Below, piece after piece: positions 1 to 14,353 of a stretch of 64,000 nucleotides of DNA. Below the pieces are notes generated by a model that was given only the letters and a program-made list of their open reading frames with translations, made no database searches and was not told the origin of the DNA. The translations under genes were made by a program, and so were the position numbers. The DNA comes from Eledone cirrhosa (taxonomy: Eukaryota), in contig OZ024740.1 in NCBI GenBank assembly GCA_964016885.1, positions 224,192,001 through 224,256,000 on the forward strand, in the 5' to 3' direction. The first letter of the stretch is position 1; every line of letters begins with the position of its first letter.

Positions 1-380
1 ACTGATTTTTCAGAATTGTTACGATGAGTATGCAAATTAATATGTAAATGAGTTTGAGTTATATGATTGAAAAACCGTTATTTTAAATGCTATGGAAAGT
101 TTAGATATATTAGTAGGAGAGAAAGAAAGAAAAAGAAGGAAAAAAAAGAGAAAAAAAAGGAAAAAGAAAAAGAAGAAGCCCACTTATATACGTTAATTTA
201 GGGGAGAAAAAATTTGAATATTTACTTATATTATGTATATATTTATATGGAGAATTATGTTTGTAAGTATTTATCTTATTACAATATTGTAGGGGGTTAA
301 ATATATATATATCTATTATATTTTTTAATAATAGCATATGTATTATTATAAAAGAGATAATTTGCAATTATTAGTTGCTT

Positions 381-520
381 ATAACATGACTTACGAGAGT
401 GTTGATTTTGTGTTTTATGTAGATAAATAAATAGGTGGTTCAAGTTTTAGGTGGTTGTTTATAATATGAGTTACGAGGGAGTTGATTTTGTATTTTATGT
501 AAATAAATAGGTAGTTAAAA
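381..520. repeat. Imperfect direct repeat, period ~80 bp, probably in the PLE 3' region
   Basis: ataacatgacttacgagagtgttgattttgtgttttatgt at 381 recurs as ataatatgagttacgagggagttgattttgtattttatgt at 461. Confidence 0.7.
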
Positions 521-1051
521 TTATGAATTTATATATTTGAATATCTTGTTCGGCTTTGAGAATTTTTTAAATAATAATGTAATAAGTTTATATGATTGAG
601 AAGGAAAGATAATTCCAATTTTGTTTGTTTATCGATACATTTTTTTTAAGAGTTAGTGTGAGATTAATTAATTATTTAGTCGAAAGAAATGGGAATGTTT
701 AAAAATCGTCTTGAATAGGATACATTTTTCTAATGTCAGTTAATTGTTATAAATCTACGTTTAAAAATAGCTTTAGAGGGTGCCATTTTAAAAATAAAAT
801 GTAAGAATTAAAGAATTAAAAAACTAAAATTAAAATTATATAGATATACATAAATATATATAATTATCTATACACATACATATATATAAATAAATATATA
901 TATATATATATATATTAAAAGAAATGTTTGCTGAAAGTTGAAAGTACTACAAATATTAGAGATATTACCATTTAGAAATATTAATATATTAAAATATAAA
1001 AAATTTAAATTGTTAAAGAAGATAGGATCTTTTTGAAGATTTATAGGAATA

Positions 1052-2430
1052 TTATAAATTACACATAGTTCTGAATGTAAAATTTTGGCGATTTCTGCAA
1101 GAATTAAATAATTCTGTCCTGAGATTAATAGAGTTTTGACAGTTAATTATATAAAATATTTCTTCAATACACAATTTACAGAATTTTGATAAAGCCATAT
1201 TTCGGTACGCAGGTGGTTTGGAAATCGTTTTCTAAGATATTTAATAGTCTATATTCTTGCTTTTTAAGTTCCATATAAGATATGAAAGAGAAGTAGAAGA
1301 TTTTTTATCTGATCTTCTGAAAGAATGATTATGGTTATTCCAGCGAACTTTAAATTGTGTAGAAGTGGCACCGACATAGTTAAATATATTATCTCTAGTT
1401 TCAACTGTGCATTTATAGACTACCTTTTTATCTAAGCACTTATTTTGTAAAGGGCAGTTTGATTTGATTCTACAGTTACATTTTACGGAGTTGTTGCTGC
1501 TCGGAACGGTACTATTATACTGGATATTGCTAGAAATATGATTATTGCTATTATGGTTATTTTGGTTAGGATTTAAATTTAAGTTTATATTATTAATTCT
1601 ATTTATATGTTGCGCTATATTCATAGTAGTAGAGTAGGATAGTTTTATAGTATGTCTGTTAAAGATTCAGTGGTATTTGTGGGCTTTAGGAAAACATCTG
1701 TCTAGTGCTTTAAAGAATAGCTTTGTTAAAGGTGTTTTAACGCTTAATGAGAATGATGAGGGGGGTGTAGCAAATAATATTTCTAGTTCTAGTTCTTTTG
1801 TTTGGTATATAGTTTAAGTTAAATTGTTTATTATTATTATAATTAATACTAGGGTGATTTGCCATGTTATTGTTGTCAATGTATTTAATTGTATTCGAAT
1901 ACCCTGCTCTATTTAAAGCTTCATTATAATATTCAGCCTTATCATCAAATATATTATTAGCAGAGATGCGTGGAATTAGTGTTCTTAATGAATCTAGGAT
2001 GATTAGAGTTAAAACTTAGGTAATTTAGAATTTCGTTAATTTTATGGAATGGATAGTAAAGCCCTGTGCTAAGGTTTAATGTTGCGTCTAAGAAGTTAAG
2101 GATTATATAGTTATTCTCTATTTCTAACTTAAGGTTATAATTATTGAAGAATTGTATTATGGATTTTCTTTTCCTATTAATTTCACAATTACTATGGTTT
2201 TCAATTAAAAGCGGCATATCGTCACGATATAAACCACCGGTCATCTCTGTCATTTTCCTATGCAGTGTATTATTAATAAATAAGCCCACAAGATCCGTTA
2301 TTTGTGCCGAGTCAGATGATCCCATAGTGATATCAAAATTATTTTTTCTATCGGCTCTTGAATATTTACTCCAGAAACTTGTCGAGTGCTATGAATCAGT
2401 TATAAACATTTATATTTGTTGAATTTCCAA
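1052..2430 (-). mobile_element. Decayed Penelope-like element, Naiad-like: RT C-terminal half, thumb and GIY-YIG endonuclease
   Basis: Minus-strand frames give ITMGSSDSAQITDLVGL, GGLYRDD, NFLDATLNL..YPFHK..YLSFNSNHP, then FKALDRCFPKAHKYH*IFNRHTIKLSYST, CNCRIKSNCPLQNKC (CxCx5Cx5C), VVYK..YVGATSTQFKVRWNNH and CKLCIEE..CRN. Several frameshifts and stops; 5'-truncated against a (CA)n(TA)n tract. The clade assignment is from recalled motifs. Confidence 0.9.
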
Positions 2431-2447
2431 CAAATTAAATATCCCTT

Positions 2448-2558
<111 letters not shown>

Positions 2559-2669
2559 TAAAAGGAATTCCAACTTTGTCTGATTTACTCGTTTTATTTA
2601 CAATCCTTTAAAATTATAATGGCATTAGAATGAAATAGTATGGTAGAATATTAAATGTTAAGTGTTAAT

Positions 2670-2812
2670 TGAACAAGTACTTTGATGCGCTCGCAATCTT
2701 TAGTTTCATATTCTGTGGTGACAGTCAAGTTTGCAATTTTCAACTGTGAAAATTGCAACTTGAAAATTGCAAACTTGACTGTCACCACAGAATATGAACC
2801 TGAAGATTGCGA
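2670..2812 (-). repeat. Fold-back repeat containing a decayed hammerhead motif (pLTR-like fragment)
   Basis: 2691-2753 is the near-perfect reverse complement of 2760-2812. Combining both arms gives tgaac-CTGAAGA-ttgcgagcgcat-cAAA-gtac-TT-gttca. Confidence 0.6.
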
Positions 2813-2819
2813 AAAAAAA

Positions 2820-2882
<63 letters not shown>

Positions 2883-2889
2883 GTATCAA

Positions 2890-3130
2890 AGGCATGTATT
2901 GAGTTAGAAACTCAAAATAGTCTCATTACAGTAAATTACCTCTAGGAAAGAGGTTTTTCCGAGCCGTATAGTATAACTGAACAAAAACGAAACACGAACA
3001 CAGACATATACATATATGTGTTCAAATCGTAATGTACCAGATTCGCTAAGGTGAAAATATACTAACTACAGACAATAGTTTTGCTAGACTCAACTTAAGA
3101 ATAAATCAAGGAAAATAAATACAAACCAGA
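2890..3130. repeat. Diverged relative of the 59.05-60.1 kb repeat family; another piece lies near 53.6-53.75 kb
   Basis: Collinear blocks gagttagaaactcaaaatagtctcattaca, ttccgagccgtatagtata, gctaaggtgaaaatatactaacta and tttgctagactcaacttaa match 59068-59270 at moderate identity. Confidence 0.55.
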
Positions 3131-3354
3131 ATTGTGGTAACTATCGATCACCCAGACAGTTTTCATAATACTGTTTCGCTTTGTCACATTGCCAGTATGA
3201 AGACAGATCGATATTGGAGTCAGGTTCATAACCCCTATGGGTGATCTTGAGCCAATCCTCTATGAAACAGGCTTAACAGGTCGATAAGCAATAAATATCA
3301 TATCCATGTAAAGGAAACTTCCACATTTTTTCTAATATATACATATGTATATAC

Positions 3355-4290
3355 ATCATCGTCATCATCATCCTCATCATCATCATCATCATCCTCATCA
3401 TTTAACGTCCATTTGCCATGCTACGATGAGTCAGATGAGTTGTCCTGTTGTGAAAAATGCCATTGCTCATACAGAACTACATTTGGCTTGGTTTCTACAG
3501 CTGAATTCCAAACACATTTACAGCATGTGCTGGGTGCTTTTTGTCATGACATCTATATGACCATTTTACACTGTGGGCTGGGTGAATTTTGAAGTGACAC
3601 CTACATGACCACTTTACAGTGTGAGCTGGGTGCTTTTTGTCATTCACCACCATGATCACTTTACAGTGTGGGCTGAGGACTTTGGTGGGATAGGTGTGTG
3701 TGGGTTGGGGAGGTGGGCATTTGGGCATGTGTTAGGGGTGGAGTGTTAGGATGTGGGAGGTAAATTGGAGGGGTGGAGGTGACGGTGGTGCACACTAGAT
3801 GTATGCTTGAGCCTGTGCTCATGGGAGGTGTATTGAAGGGCGTAGGATGGAGGTGGCAGTGGTGCATACTGTATGTGTGTTTCAGCCTGTGCTCATGAGG
3901 AGATGGGTCTTGTGTATTACTGCATAATGCCAGAGATCTCAGTCCTATGTCATCACCATTAAGAGGTGCAATTGTGTAAAGTCAGATTTTATCAACTCAT
4001 CCCAAGTCTTTCTGGGTCTTCCCACGCTGTGGCTTCCATCAACTTTAAGCTATCTGCAACATTTTATACAACTATCATCCTTCATACACATCACATGACC
4101 ATAACAGCACAGCTTCCTCTCCTGCACACTGCATCTACTTTGTCTCTCAGTTTGTGTATGCTTTGCCATTCCCGTATATTACTATTACACATAAATCAGA
4201 GCATGCAAGCTTCATTTCTTTCCAATTTTACAAGTTCTTTGCACACATTCCATATGCCTCCCTATCATGTAATACCATGCAAACACAATA
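3355..4290 (-). mobile_element. Decayed 3' end of an RTE LINE
   Basis: (cat)n tail plus tttaacgtccattt, tandem tttacagtgtgggctg 3'UTR units, and gagcatgcaagcttcatttcttt (RNEASML-like), all as in the 31.2-33.3 kb copy. Confidence 0.8.
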
Positions 4291-4343
4291 CTGAGAAATA
4301 GAGACTTGAATAAATAATAACTGTGTGTGTATGTGTATGTATA

Positions 4344-4458
<115 letters not shown>

Positions 4459-5968
4459 TATGACACTATTATATAAACTCCCACAAATTATGTCCAAGCA
4501 CTAACTCAATAATATGGAAAGTAGTTATTTTTCAAATTCCCCCAATTTGATTATGTACAAAAGTATTTTATAAGCATGTGCCATGTCTTTTTATTATAAA
4601 TATGGTAACGAAAGTGTTAAGAAGGTAAATATGTTTTTAAAAACTTGCAGAAGGGTTTAATTTTGATTCGATATACTAGTCAAGGTGCATGACTATATAC
4701 TGTATCTCCTCTTGCCTACCCAATACTGTCAGAGAATATTGGATATGGAAAGATGATGGTGAAGATATACTTCAGTGATCAATTTTCTTACAAAACAGTG
4801 CAATCAACCAAGACAGAACTTGTGCTCAGTACTTCCTCATTGACAGCTACAAGATTGAAATTTTGTGCAGAAGAATTAAAATATATTCGCATTTTACACA
4901 AAAATGTACTTCAAAAATCTTGGAGGCTGTGAAATGATGCATATAAAAATTAGAGCCACTGACTGTTCAATCATGTATTGAACAAGAACAACTCAAAGAC
5001 ATTGCCAGTTCTCATTTGAACAATATACATCAAACACTTTCAAACTATTAAAAGATTTCATTTTAGAGACATCATTTTAGAGAGAAATAATGTGTTTTCT
5101 TGTTAAGCTAGTTGATTTTAAGGAGTTTTCAAAAGCAACTCTAATTACAAGCTTGTAATGTCTGATTTAAGAGGGTATTTCTTTTGGATAATAGAGAAAA
5201 AAAGGACATTAAATTTATGCAGAGTTGAAAACTAGTTCTAAGTGAGAAATTTAGATAGAGTAAAATATTGGTTTCATTTATTTTCAATGTAGAAATTAAA
5301 GATTATTTTTTCTTTTTTGCTGCTTTTAAACTATAAAATACTATCAAAAATAAAAATGGAAGTAAAATTGATTATGTTTTTTTTTAATAACAATAAAAAA
5401 AAGGTTTGTACTAATTAGAAAAATGGCAACTGAAAATAGTCAACAGTTATGAGGAATGTCAGTATTTTTGACTGAATGCAATGGACTTATTCTGATCATT
5501 TCTAAAGCTAGAGAATAGATTGTTATGCATCATCATCAGTTTTAAAGGCTGCCATGGGCTGGAAAAGACATTTTGAGGCAGAATTCTTCTGTTGGATGCA
5601 CTTCCTAATGGCACAATGGCAAATGGATAGCAAAATGAAGGCAACAATAAAGTTTGTTACCTGCTTATTATTATCCTTTGTTTTCTTTCATACTAATATT
5701 TTGGCCCTTAAAAATACCTTCTTTGGAGAATGAGGAACTCTCAGAGCAAAACGTTCCGGTCTTATTTTGAAATTAGATTTAAATTTAAAATAAAACGATA
5801 AGAGTTCCTTATACTCTGATGAAGGGATTTTTAAGTCCCAAAATATTAAGAAGAAAAAAAAAAGAAGAAAATACCATGTAACACACTTTTTCGTTGCTTT
5901 CCTTTCACCACCCATTTTGCAATGTCTTAGGCTTTTCAAAAATATCATTTCCTACATTATATAACATA

Positions 5969-6142
5969 GGAAAAACTAGGCAGGAAGTGAGGAGAGATTT
6001 AAAGAAAGATTTATTAGATTAGATTATTTAACACGTGTTTCATAATCATCATCATTATGTAACAGCAATAAAACATGTGTTAGATAATATAATATAATAA
6101 ATGTTTCTTCAACCCCCTCCTCATTTCTTGCCTGGTTTTTCC
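5969..6142. repeat. Imperfect inverted repeat with hammerhead 3'-half motif
   Basis: ggaaaaactaggcaggaagtgaggag...taacacgtgtttc pairs with aaacatgtgtta...ctcctcatttcttgcctggtttttcc. The minus strand reads GAAAcacgtgTT. Confidence 0.55.
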
Positions 6143-6162
6143 AAATACAATGGATATATATA

Positions 6163-6647
6163 TCATCATTTTACATCTGCTTTTCCCTGCTTGCAAGGGT
6201 GGGACAGGTCCTATTCAGCACAGCATCTCTCCACTTGCCACAGTCCTTCATCATCTTCTCCGTGAGCTTCATGTTTTTCGTGGTTTTCCTCTACTGCGTC
6301 TTCCTTCTATTGGGATTTATTGGCACTTCTTTACCCAGCGGTCCTCCTACATGCACATCACATGTCCATTCAATTGCAGTTTTCTCTCCTGCACACTACC
6401 ACTTATCTCTCTTATACACAGTTTCTCTCTCAACTCATCTATGCTTGGTCATTCATGCACATTGAGATTGCACATCCAATGGAGCATGCTTGCTTCATTT
6501 CTCTCCAGCTGTCGCATATCCTCTGCAGTTGCTGCCCATGTCTCTCTACCATGCAACATCGCACATCTCACACAGGCATCATGTAACCAGCCTTTCATAC
6601 GCAGGGAGAAACATTTCTTTGTCAACAGAGGAAGCAACTCCCTAAAC
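6163..6647 (-). mobile_element. RTE LINE 3' fragment (short-UTR subfamily)
   Basis: FRELLPLLTKKCFSLRMKGWLHDACVRCAMLHGRETW..ERNEASML; close to the 41.0-41.6 kb copy. Confidence 0.9.
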
Positions 6648-7399
6648 ATAAATATATATATATATATATATATTCATACAATCTATTGAATTATCAATTG
6701 TAACTAATTTATGGCTTCATAATATCAAAGGGCAGGAATCTTAAATGCTTTACCTCAGCATTTACTCAGTGAAAGAGGTGTACTGAATGAGAGTCCAATT
6801 TGCATGGTTCATTTTTATGGATGGCCTACTTCATCTCAATTACAATAAGTAGGGAGGTAGTTTGGAATTCCATGACACTAGATATTTTCATCACTATTAG
6901 TTTGATGAAACAAATAAAAATGAATGAACAATACTTTGTCAGCTTGCAATTTTCAACCTGGTTTTGTTAATTGTTAATATAGAATTGTCAAATATTTACT
7001 TTCTTAGCTTTTGAGAACAAGAAAAAACATAAGTACTTTTGTTTGTAAAATTAATTTTGAAGCTTTTATATTTATGTGTTTTAGTTATTCTAGTATAGGT
7101 CAGGCTGGAACACTACCTTCAAAATATGAATTAATTATTTTGGAAAACTCTCTTGCTCAGACTAAAACAAATATATTTTTCAGTCAATAAACTTTAGAAC
7201 ATGAGATATATTTTGTTGTCCTTCTTATTCTTCTTCTTGAGTCATCACTCCATTGAAGGTGAAGCATTGCTATTTCTCTGCTAACTGAAGCAGTTGTGCC
7301 AACTCTTTGTCGAATTAATAGTCAATCATCTGTGAAGCCACTGGTTTTAATGAATTAGTTGTTATCTAGATGTTGGTTATATGTATAAAGATTGACCCA

Positions 7400-7740
7400 G
7401 TATCGCAAAATGATTAAGAAATTCTCTTCAAAATCACAAGGTCCTGAGTTCAATTCTACTGCAGGGAATATTGCATGAGTCACTTACTATAGCGATATGT
7501 CAACTTAAGCCTTGTGAGGGAATTTGGATAGACAAACACTGTTTGGAAGCCCATCAGATGGATTGTGCTTGTAATTCAAATGCCAGCTTTGTCATGCACT
7601 GCCATACTAAACGTTCCTGAGAATTACATTAAAGGAACATGCACTTTTGGAATGTCCAGCCAATATCACATTAAATTCATGAGCAGACTGTCCCATTAAT
7701 TGACCTACTGGAACACTCGTTATCAAAACCCATAGAAGTC
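7400..7740 (+). mobile_element. Decayed tRNA-derived SINE (second family)
   Basis: A-box-like cgcaaaatgattaag and B-box-like gagttcaattct, followed by gccttgtgagggaatttggatagac..gaagcccatc. Related decayed pieces near 16.33 and 33.93 kb. Confidence 0.55.
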
Positions 7741-9209
7741 AATTTAATTTCCTCTCTATTCCATATGCACAAAGACTATAAACTCTTTGATATTTTATTG
7801 CGAATTTATCATTAACCTTTTGAAACTTGAGTCCCAGCTGCTAATGAGGACTTCAGTCATGGATGACCACACAAAAGACTGAGAAAATGTTATTCACCAA
7901 CAACATTGAAAAATAAAATAAATACATGAATAAATTTGACTAAAAATTCATGGCAATGCTTTTAACAAAGTATGCAGGCTAAACCGATGATGTAAAGCAA
8001 TCGCTGATTCGTTCAGGAAGCTGTGTAAATAACAATAGTAGATAGAATTGTGTGGCCAAATAGGCTTGTTGGATACAGTGCAACATCACCAGTACAAGTC
8101 TACTGAGTTGGCAGATTCAAAGTGTTACATTTTATCTCTCTTCTTTGCTTACTAATAATGTAAATCCTATATATATGTTTTTCTCAAGGAAGTATATAGG
8201 AATGTATGTAGTATTTTGTCTATAATCATTTTTATATATGAAAGAAGAAAAGTGAACCAGTAATCAGAGACATTGTTTTTAGAAACCTACTTTACTAGGT
8301 CACTTTATATTGCACATCAATATCTGTAGTAGCAAGTTCTGTAATTAAATATGTAATTCCAAACAAACCTATCAAACACTTATGTATATTTCACCCAATG
8401 TCAACTTAAATTTAATCAATGTTCATTAAATATACAAACGCCATTCATAGAATATACTTCTTTCCAGTAATTTTGAACAGTGTATTTTCTGTATTAAACA
8501 GTCTTCTCTAAACTATTTCTAATCAAACCAAAGGATTTTGTTTTACCTTTACTCAGTTAGTACTCAAAGAAACAACCAAACATTAAGAGAAGTTTATTAT
8601 TCTTATGTAAAAATTAATAGAAGAATTTAAAGATTTATTGAAATTTATTTAATGATTTAAACTCCATTCACAAAACACATCTCTTGGGAATGCTAGATTG
8701 ACATTTAATGTAACCTATATCTTCAACCAATCAATTTGTATGAATTTTATTTTCTGGTACATTTAACCTCGTTTAGAAAGATATAAGCACAATGAAAATA
8801 TTGTCCTCTGTGTGTGTCAACATTAGAGGGAAAATTTTTCATAGGAATCTAATTGAATAAGAATTAAAATATTTATTTTTTTATTGATTTCATGCTGAGT
8901 CAGTTCCCAATATTTAAAACTTTGTGAATTTTTTCTTTTCAAAAAAAATGAACACTCTGTTACCACAAGGTACTTATATAATAAGGAATTAATGCACCAA
9001 CTCTGAATCAAAATCGGTCCTGTATTTTCTATTTTCTATTTCTGTTTGCCAAAATCATGTTCTCTTAAATAACTAATTCTGCAATTAACACCTGATGAAA
9101 TTGCTTGGGTCTTGCATCACATTCGGATATTATTTTTGTGTCTTGTGTACACACAACACACAAAAACCAGATTGTGTAGGACAGAACAAAGGAGAGACAC
9201 AAAATAACA

Positions 9210-9432
9210 AATTAGTCACTGACAAGGCCACACGATGTGTGATGAAAGAGCTTTGATAGTAAACAATCATCCGGTTATTAAACCAACCAACTGGAAATTT
9301 GTAATAAATTCAAGGGAAAACCAACGGGTGCATGTGTTTTTATTGGCAGCATGACTGTCCCAAAGTATAACAATATCTGTTTCAACACACATTTCAGTCA
9401 AGAAATCTTGCAAAACAAATACAAAAACGAAG
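9210..9432 (+). repeat. Dispersed repeat with decayed hammerhead; partner at 55090-55335
   Basis: gtca-CTGACAA-ggccacacgatgtgtgat-GAAA-gagc-TT-tgat at 9215-9257; ends at a (TA)n tract. Confidence 0.65.
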
Positions 9433-9563
9433 TACATATATATATATATATGTGTGTGTGTGTGATGTGTGTGCATATATGTGTGTGTGCATATATATAT
9501 ATATATATATATGTGTGCATATATATATGTGTGTGCATATATATATGTATGCATATATATGTG

Positions 9564-9610
<47 letters not shown>

Positions 9611-9619
9611 TTCATTCTC

Positions 9620-10162
9620 ATCGATCGGTCTTGAAAGACCATGGATCTGCACATGGAGAATGTTGTGTCAACAGTTGATGATAGTACAATATCTACTGTA
9701 GCTGTAGAGGCCCATATGGGAATGGCATTCCAGTATACAGTGACTGTATTTAATGATGCTCTTTTCCAGTTCTACAGTGATGTTCTTTTTTCAAGCACAC
9801 TTCTCTTCAGACTAATTGTCAGACTGAATTCCTGGCTGGCCCTTGAGAGTTTGTTCATAAGGTGATACATTTGCTCCTCAGAGTGCTTTGCCAATGTTGT
9901 ATCATCTGAAATCACCATTTCTCTGATGTGTATCTGACAAAATTTGGATATTGCTTTCAGTGTTTACCATCTGAACAACTTTCCGTCTCATCTGGTGTGC
10001 AGGTAGGCACCTTCAGTTGATGTTCTAAATCCATGCTTTAGCATGACTGCAAAAGAGATGCCAAATAGGTGGAGGACAAGCACACAGCCCTGTTTCACAC
10101 CACTGCACATGTTAAATGCCTCTGAAGAAGAGCCACCAAATTGAATAATGCCTTTCATATCT
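9620..10162 (-). mobile_element. Decayed RTE (BovB-like) reverse transcriptase fragment
   Basis: Minus strand reads SSSEAFNMCSGVKQGCVLVLHLFGISFAVMLKHGFRTSTEGAYLHTR*DGKLF..IREMVISDD, a different RTE lineage from the 31 kb element. Confidence 0.8.
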
Positions 10163-10189
10163 GTATATATATATATATATATATATAGT

Positions 10190-10378
10190 AATAATAATAA
10201 ATTTGAAGACTAAAATCCAAAGAGGGCTCGATAAGGATAAATATATATCAAATATATAAGAACCGTAGAGCAAATATTTATTAAAATAACAGATTAAAGT
10301 TTAAGCAAAGAATCACTGATTTCACCCTTAACGGTAGAAAGCAGCGATTCTTTGCTTAAACTTTAATCTGTTATTTTA

Positions 10379-10385
<7 letters not shown>
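10190..10385. repeat. (TA)n-embedded fold-back repeat; rearranged copies at 55361-55510, 62198-62344 and 30109-30138
   Basis: tatttattaaaataacagattaaagtttaagcaaagaatc (10275-10314) is perfectly inverted at 10346-10385. The same blocks appear in different order in the other copies. Confidence 0.85.
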
Positions 10386-10435
<50 letters not shown>

Positions 10436-10544
10436 TGTTTATTTATTTTATTTATTCATAAAACCTCTCTCGGCATTGTCAGATTGATATTAACCATAGC
10501 TTGCTTATCTAACCAATCAATGATAATGTTGATATATAAATCCT

Positions 10545-11100
10545 CATCATCATCATCATCATCAACATGACTGTTTAATGTCTAATTTCTATGTTTGCAT
10601 AGTTTAGATGGCTGGTACATGTTGAGGCCCAACCAGTCAGGTGACTTTTTGCTTTGTTTTATGGCTGAATGAATTTCCTAATGCCAACCACTTTACAGCA
10701 TGTACTGGGAGCATGTTTTCTATGAATGGATGACTTTTCTACCACCAACCCCTTTACAGTATGTTCTAGGAACATTTTTCGTGACACTGGCACTAACCCT
10801 TTTACTGCTTGGAATGGTTGCTTTTGATATGGCTCCAAGACTACCTTCTTACAGGCTGGACTGGATGCTGTTGTTGTGGCACCAGCACTATCTTAGGTGG
10901 CATTGGAGGATCGGTGGGGTTAAGGTGGAGGCAAAGCAAATGGATGGTGTCTGACATATTGTGAGGGTCTGTCTATTATATTTTGATACATTATGTACAT
11001 TTCACAGATGATTGGTTTACATATATATGTCATCATCGTTATCATCATCAGCATCGTTTAACATCCATCTTTCATGCTAGCATGGGTTAGACGGGTTTGT
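10545..11100 (-). mobile_element. Decayed RTE 3'UTR fragments
   Basis: (cat)n tails followed by gtttaatgtc/gtttaacatccatct..catgggttagacggg and cctaatgccaaccactttacag. Confidence 0.65.
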
Positions 11101-11618
11101 CACATTTGCGGCAAGATTGGTTGGGTAACTGTGTCTTGCTCATATGTATTTTCTTCACACCCATCTTGCACCCACCTGAACGCAGTTACATGCAGACATA
11201 TATAAGCATTAGGTTTTAACAGTTTTAACACAATTACATTCACAGGATAATTCTCAACAACACTTATACCAAAGCCTTCATGAAACCAAATTAGGAATTG
11301 CATAGTCACAAATTGAACTTCTTATCTATAATATTTATGTAAAACTTAAATCTATATATTCAAAAATATTGGTTTGAAGATTTTATTATTGTTTACATGC
11401 TAGAAAATTCATAGTAAACATAATCAATTATTTGATTTAACACAACCTCATGGCCTTTATGTGCCTTTAGTGGAAATTTTTCCATTGCAAGCATGCAGAC
11501 CAGGTCTCTGTCCTGAGAATAAGCCCTTATTTCCTCCTGTCACCCCAAGAAGCTATAAAAAGGTCAATACTTCTTCCCTTCCTCCTCTGACTAAAGCAAA
11601 ATAAAAAATATTAAATGT

Positions 11619-11798
11619 GGATTGGCAGTATCGGTAGAGGGTCGGACGCCATGCTTTGATGCATAGAGTTACGGCCCTTGCTATTCTGAGTTCAAATCCC
11701 GCCGAGGTTAACTTTGCCTTTCATCCTTACGGGGTCGATAAAATAAAGTACCAGTAATGTACTGGGTAATTTCTGGCCTTGTGCCAATAGTAGAAACA
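11619..11798 (+). mobile_element. tRNA-derived SINE (~185 bp family)
   Basis: A box tggcagtatcgg, B box gagttcaaatcc, central gcctttcatccttacggggtcgataaaataaagtacc (resembles the MetaSINE-type domain as recalled), flanked by TSD attaaatgt. Confidence 0.9.
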
Positions 11799-14321
11799 AT
11801 TAAATGTAATTATGCCTGACCGTTTTTAGTTTTCCCTGTTTAGTCAATAGCACTGTTTAGATGGAATAGCAGCACCAATGATCTTTTTCAGGCCATATGT
11901 GACTGCTGGGAAAGTAATAAATATCCCCAAATCAGAGACATGGTCCAAATGTTTGCAACAGAATGAACTCTGCTAAAGGCACTCATTGTTTTGGTGGGGC
12001 TGTTAAAGTAGGCCTCATTGTAGACTGCAGATGGATTTGAACTCAGAACACAAAGAACCAGATGAAATACCACAACACATCTCTGACACTCTACCAATTT
12101 CGATTTTGTATTATCATAGACTGCTGATTTATTTTACCTGCTCTGATAGGACAAAAGACAAAGCTGTCTTCAGCAAGATTTGAGTTCAGAACATAGAGAG
12201 CTGAAACAAATGCTGCAAGAATTTTGTTTCCTATGCTCTAATAACTCTGCCAATTGAATGAATATAAGTAGAGTTTTATTTCTGCGAATTGTTTATAAAT
12301 GTAACATCTGTAATTTAAACATTTGAAATAATAAATGCACCTATCTTATCTCATTTGGTGCATAGTGTAAGACCATTATTTTTACAGTAATTGATTTTTC
12401 TGCAGAAGAAATATTACTAACTTGTATCTAATTCCTGACGTCTTGTATTTTTATGTTACTTCTGGTTCTCCTTATATGACTTCATGATGTTACTTGCTCA
12501 TCATCCTTACCTATGTGTGTAATTTTGTTTTTATCTAAGTTTCCACATGTAATCAACTCTAGAAAAGCATTCCCTGAATGAAGTATTCTGTAAGAGAAAA
12601 TTTATGAGCAGTTGTCAGTCTTTGATATCAGAGCCACTAAGAAGTAGTATTGCTTGTGGCTAAAACTTCTATGACCATTTCTTCCTCCTGTGATTCTTTT
12701 CTCATCATTTCCCTATTTCTTCTCTTTTCTCTCTCCCTTACTCCATCACAATCTTGTTTTACTTTCTTTTGCCACATCAATATCCTTACATTAATATATT
12801 ACTTTCTTTTTACCCTTCTTATAGTTTATATGTTCCTATTTCCTTATTGCCTCCTTTACAACTGGGATGTTTTGACCACACTGCTGATCAGAGTGTGTCC
12901 GGCAGCACAAAATTCATCCAATATTGGTTTGTCCCTCGGGCATTCTCTTGAATATCATTTCTGCTAAATGACATTTTTCCTAGTGTTATTGTTAGCAATA
13001 TCTTAGGCACTTATGAATGCTCTCCTGCTGGCCAAAGGAAATATGCCAAGCTGTTTAAGCAATGATATTTCTACAGTGACCAGACATTTCTGCAATGAGA
13101 CAAGGAATTGGAAATTATATAGAGGGAGTAAGTGAGCTGTTGCTGGTTGATGGTGCTAGTCATGGTGATGTTTGCAATTCTGCTGTTGTTGTTGCTACAG
13201 ATGCTGGTGCTGCTGTTTGTCTCATCATAGTGAATCACATTAGATATGATTGATAGGCTTTGGCTGTTAAATAATAACATTATCTTTTGTTGAAGATTCA
13301 TGTTAGAAAGCAAAGAAAAAAAAAAAAATGATGAAAAGAACAATTTATCTTTGCCAAGTTAGAGCAAGGCTTTATAAAGAGATGACAAAAATGAAACAAA
13401 ATAAAATAAATCATAACCATAAAGTAAAATAAATAAAAAGAAAGGAACGATATAGAATTTTTGTGAAACTTCACTTATTTCTTTACTTAATAGACAACTT
13501 TGCTTGCAGCAATCTCTATTGGAAACCAGTCACTGTCGACATAAGTTATTTCAGATGTATTTATGAATAGCTCGATACGCACTGCATTTCAAGGACCATG
13601 ACTTCTATATAAAGCCTTTATACTTAATGAACATTTCATATTTTGTCACTTTACAGAAGAACCAAAAAGAAAAAAATAAGAAAAATCCACCAAAATAGCA
13701 ATCGCTGATTGCATTTTCCAGGGCATGCATAAATATTCAATTACATTGCTGTGAATATTGTGTAATTCATGTTGTGCTCCTAGAACAAGACAAACCCATA
13801 GAATATTTAGTTCAATTATAATGTGTGTGTGAGGGAGAGCAAGATGTATAGGAGAAAGGCTTTTAATTCATCTTAAAATGGAAGAAAGTATATGCAATGA
13901 CTGAGATGACAGAATATTATATACAAACCACGGCTTGTATATTCATAGTTGAACATAGATATTGCAATGTGCATGAAGCAGGCAGAAATGTTTTTACTTA
14001 TTATTGACTGTCATTAAATTGAATACTATAATACTGATGTATATAAATAGTTGGTACTAAGCTGTGGTATAATAAGATCAACTCTCATTAGAATTTCTTT
14101 ACACAGTCCCTTAAATGTTAATAATTAGCAACACTAAAACATCACTAAATATGGTTTACTTTTCAATCACTAGTATCTTCTTGAGATTGGTCTACTTTCA
14201 AAATAGTGAATCGCAAGACCTACATTAACAGTAAATGTTTTACAGTGTAGTAGAGAGTACTGATTAAGCAAGATTCTTAAAAGATGTTGAACATCAAATA
14301 AATTATGGAAGAAATGCAGGA

Positions 14322-14353
<32 letters not shown>

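Noticed and set aside
1667-1669. In-frame TGA in the Naiad-like ORF as a possible selenocysteine (some Naiads are reported to be selenoproteins)
   Set aside because: It aligns with Arg (YHRIFN) in the 21.1 kb copy, not with Cys. The copy has other stops and frameshifts, and I could not identify a SECIS.
4700-5000. Cys/Trp-containing broken frames suggestive of an old DNA transposon
   Set aside because: Too many stops and no motif I can assign to a family.
7996-13710. Shared 14-mer agcaatcgctgatt at 7996 and 13697
   Set aside because: A few 14 bp matches are expected by chance in 64 kb, and the flanks do not align.
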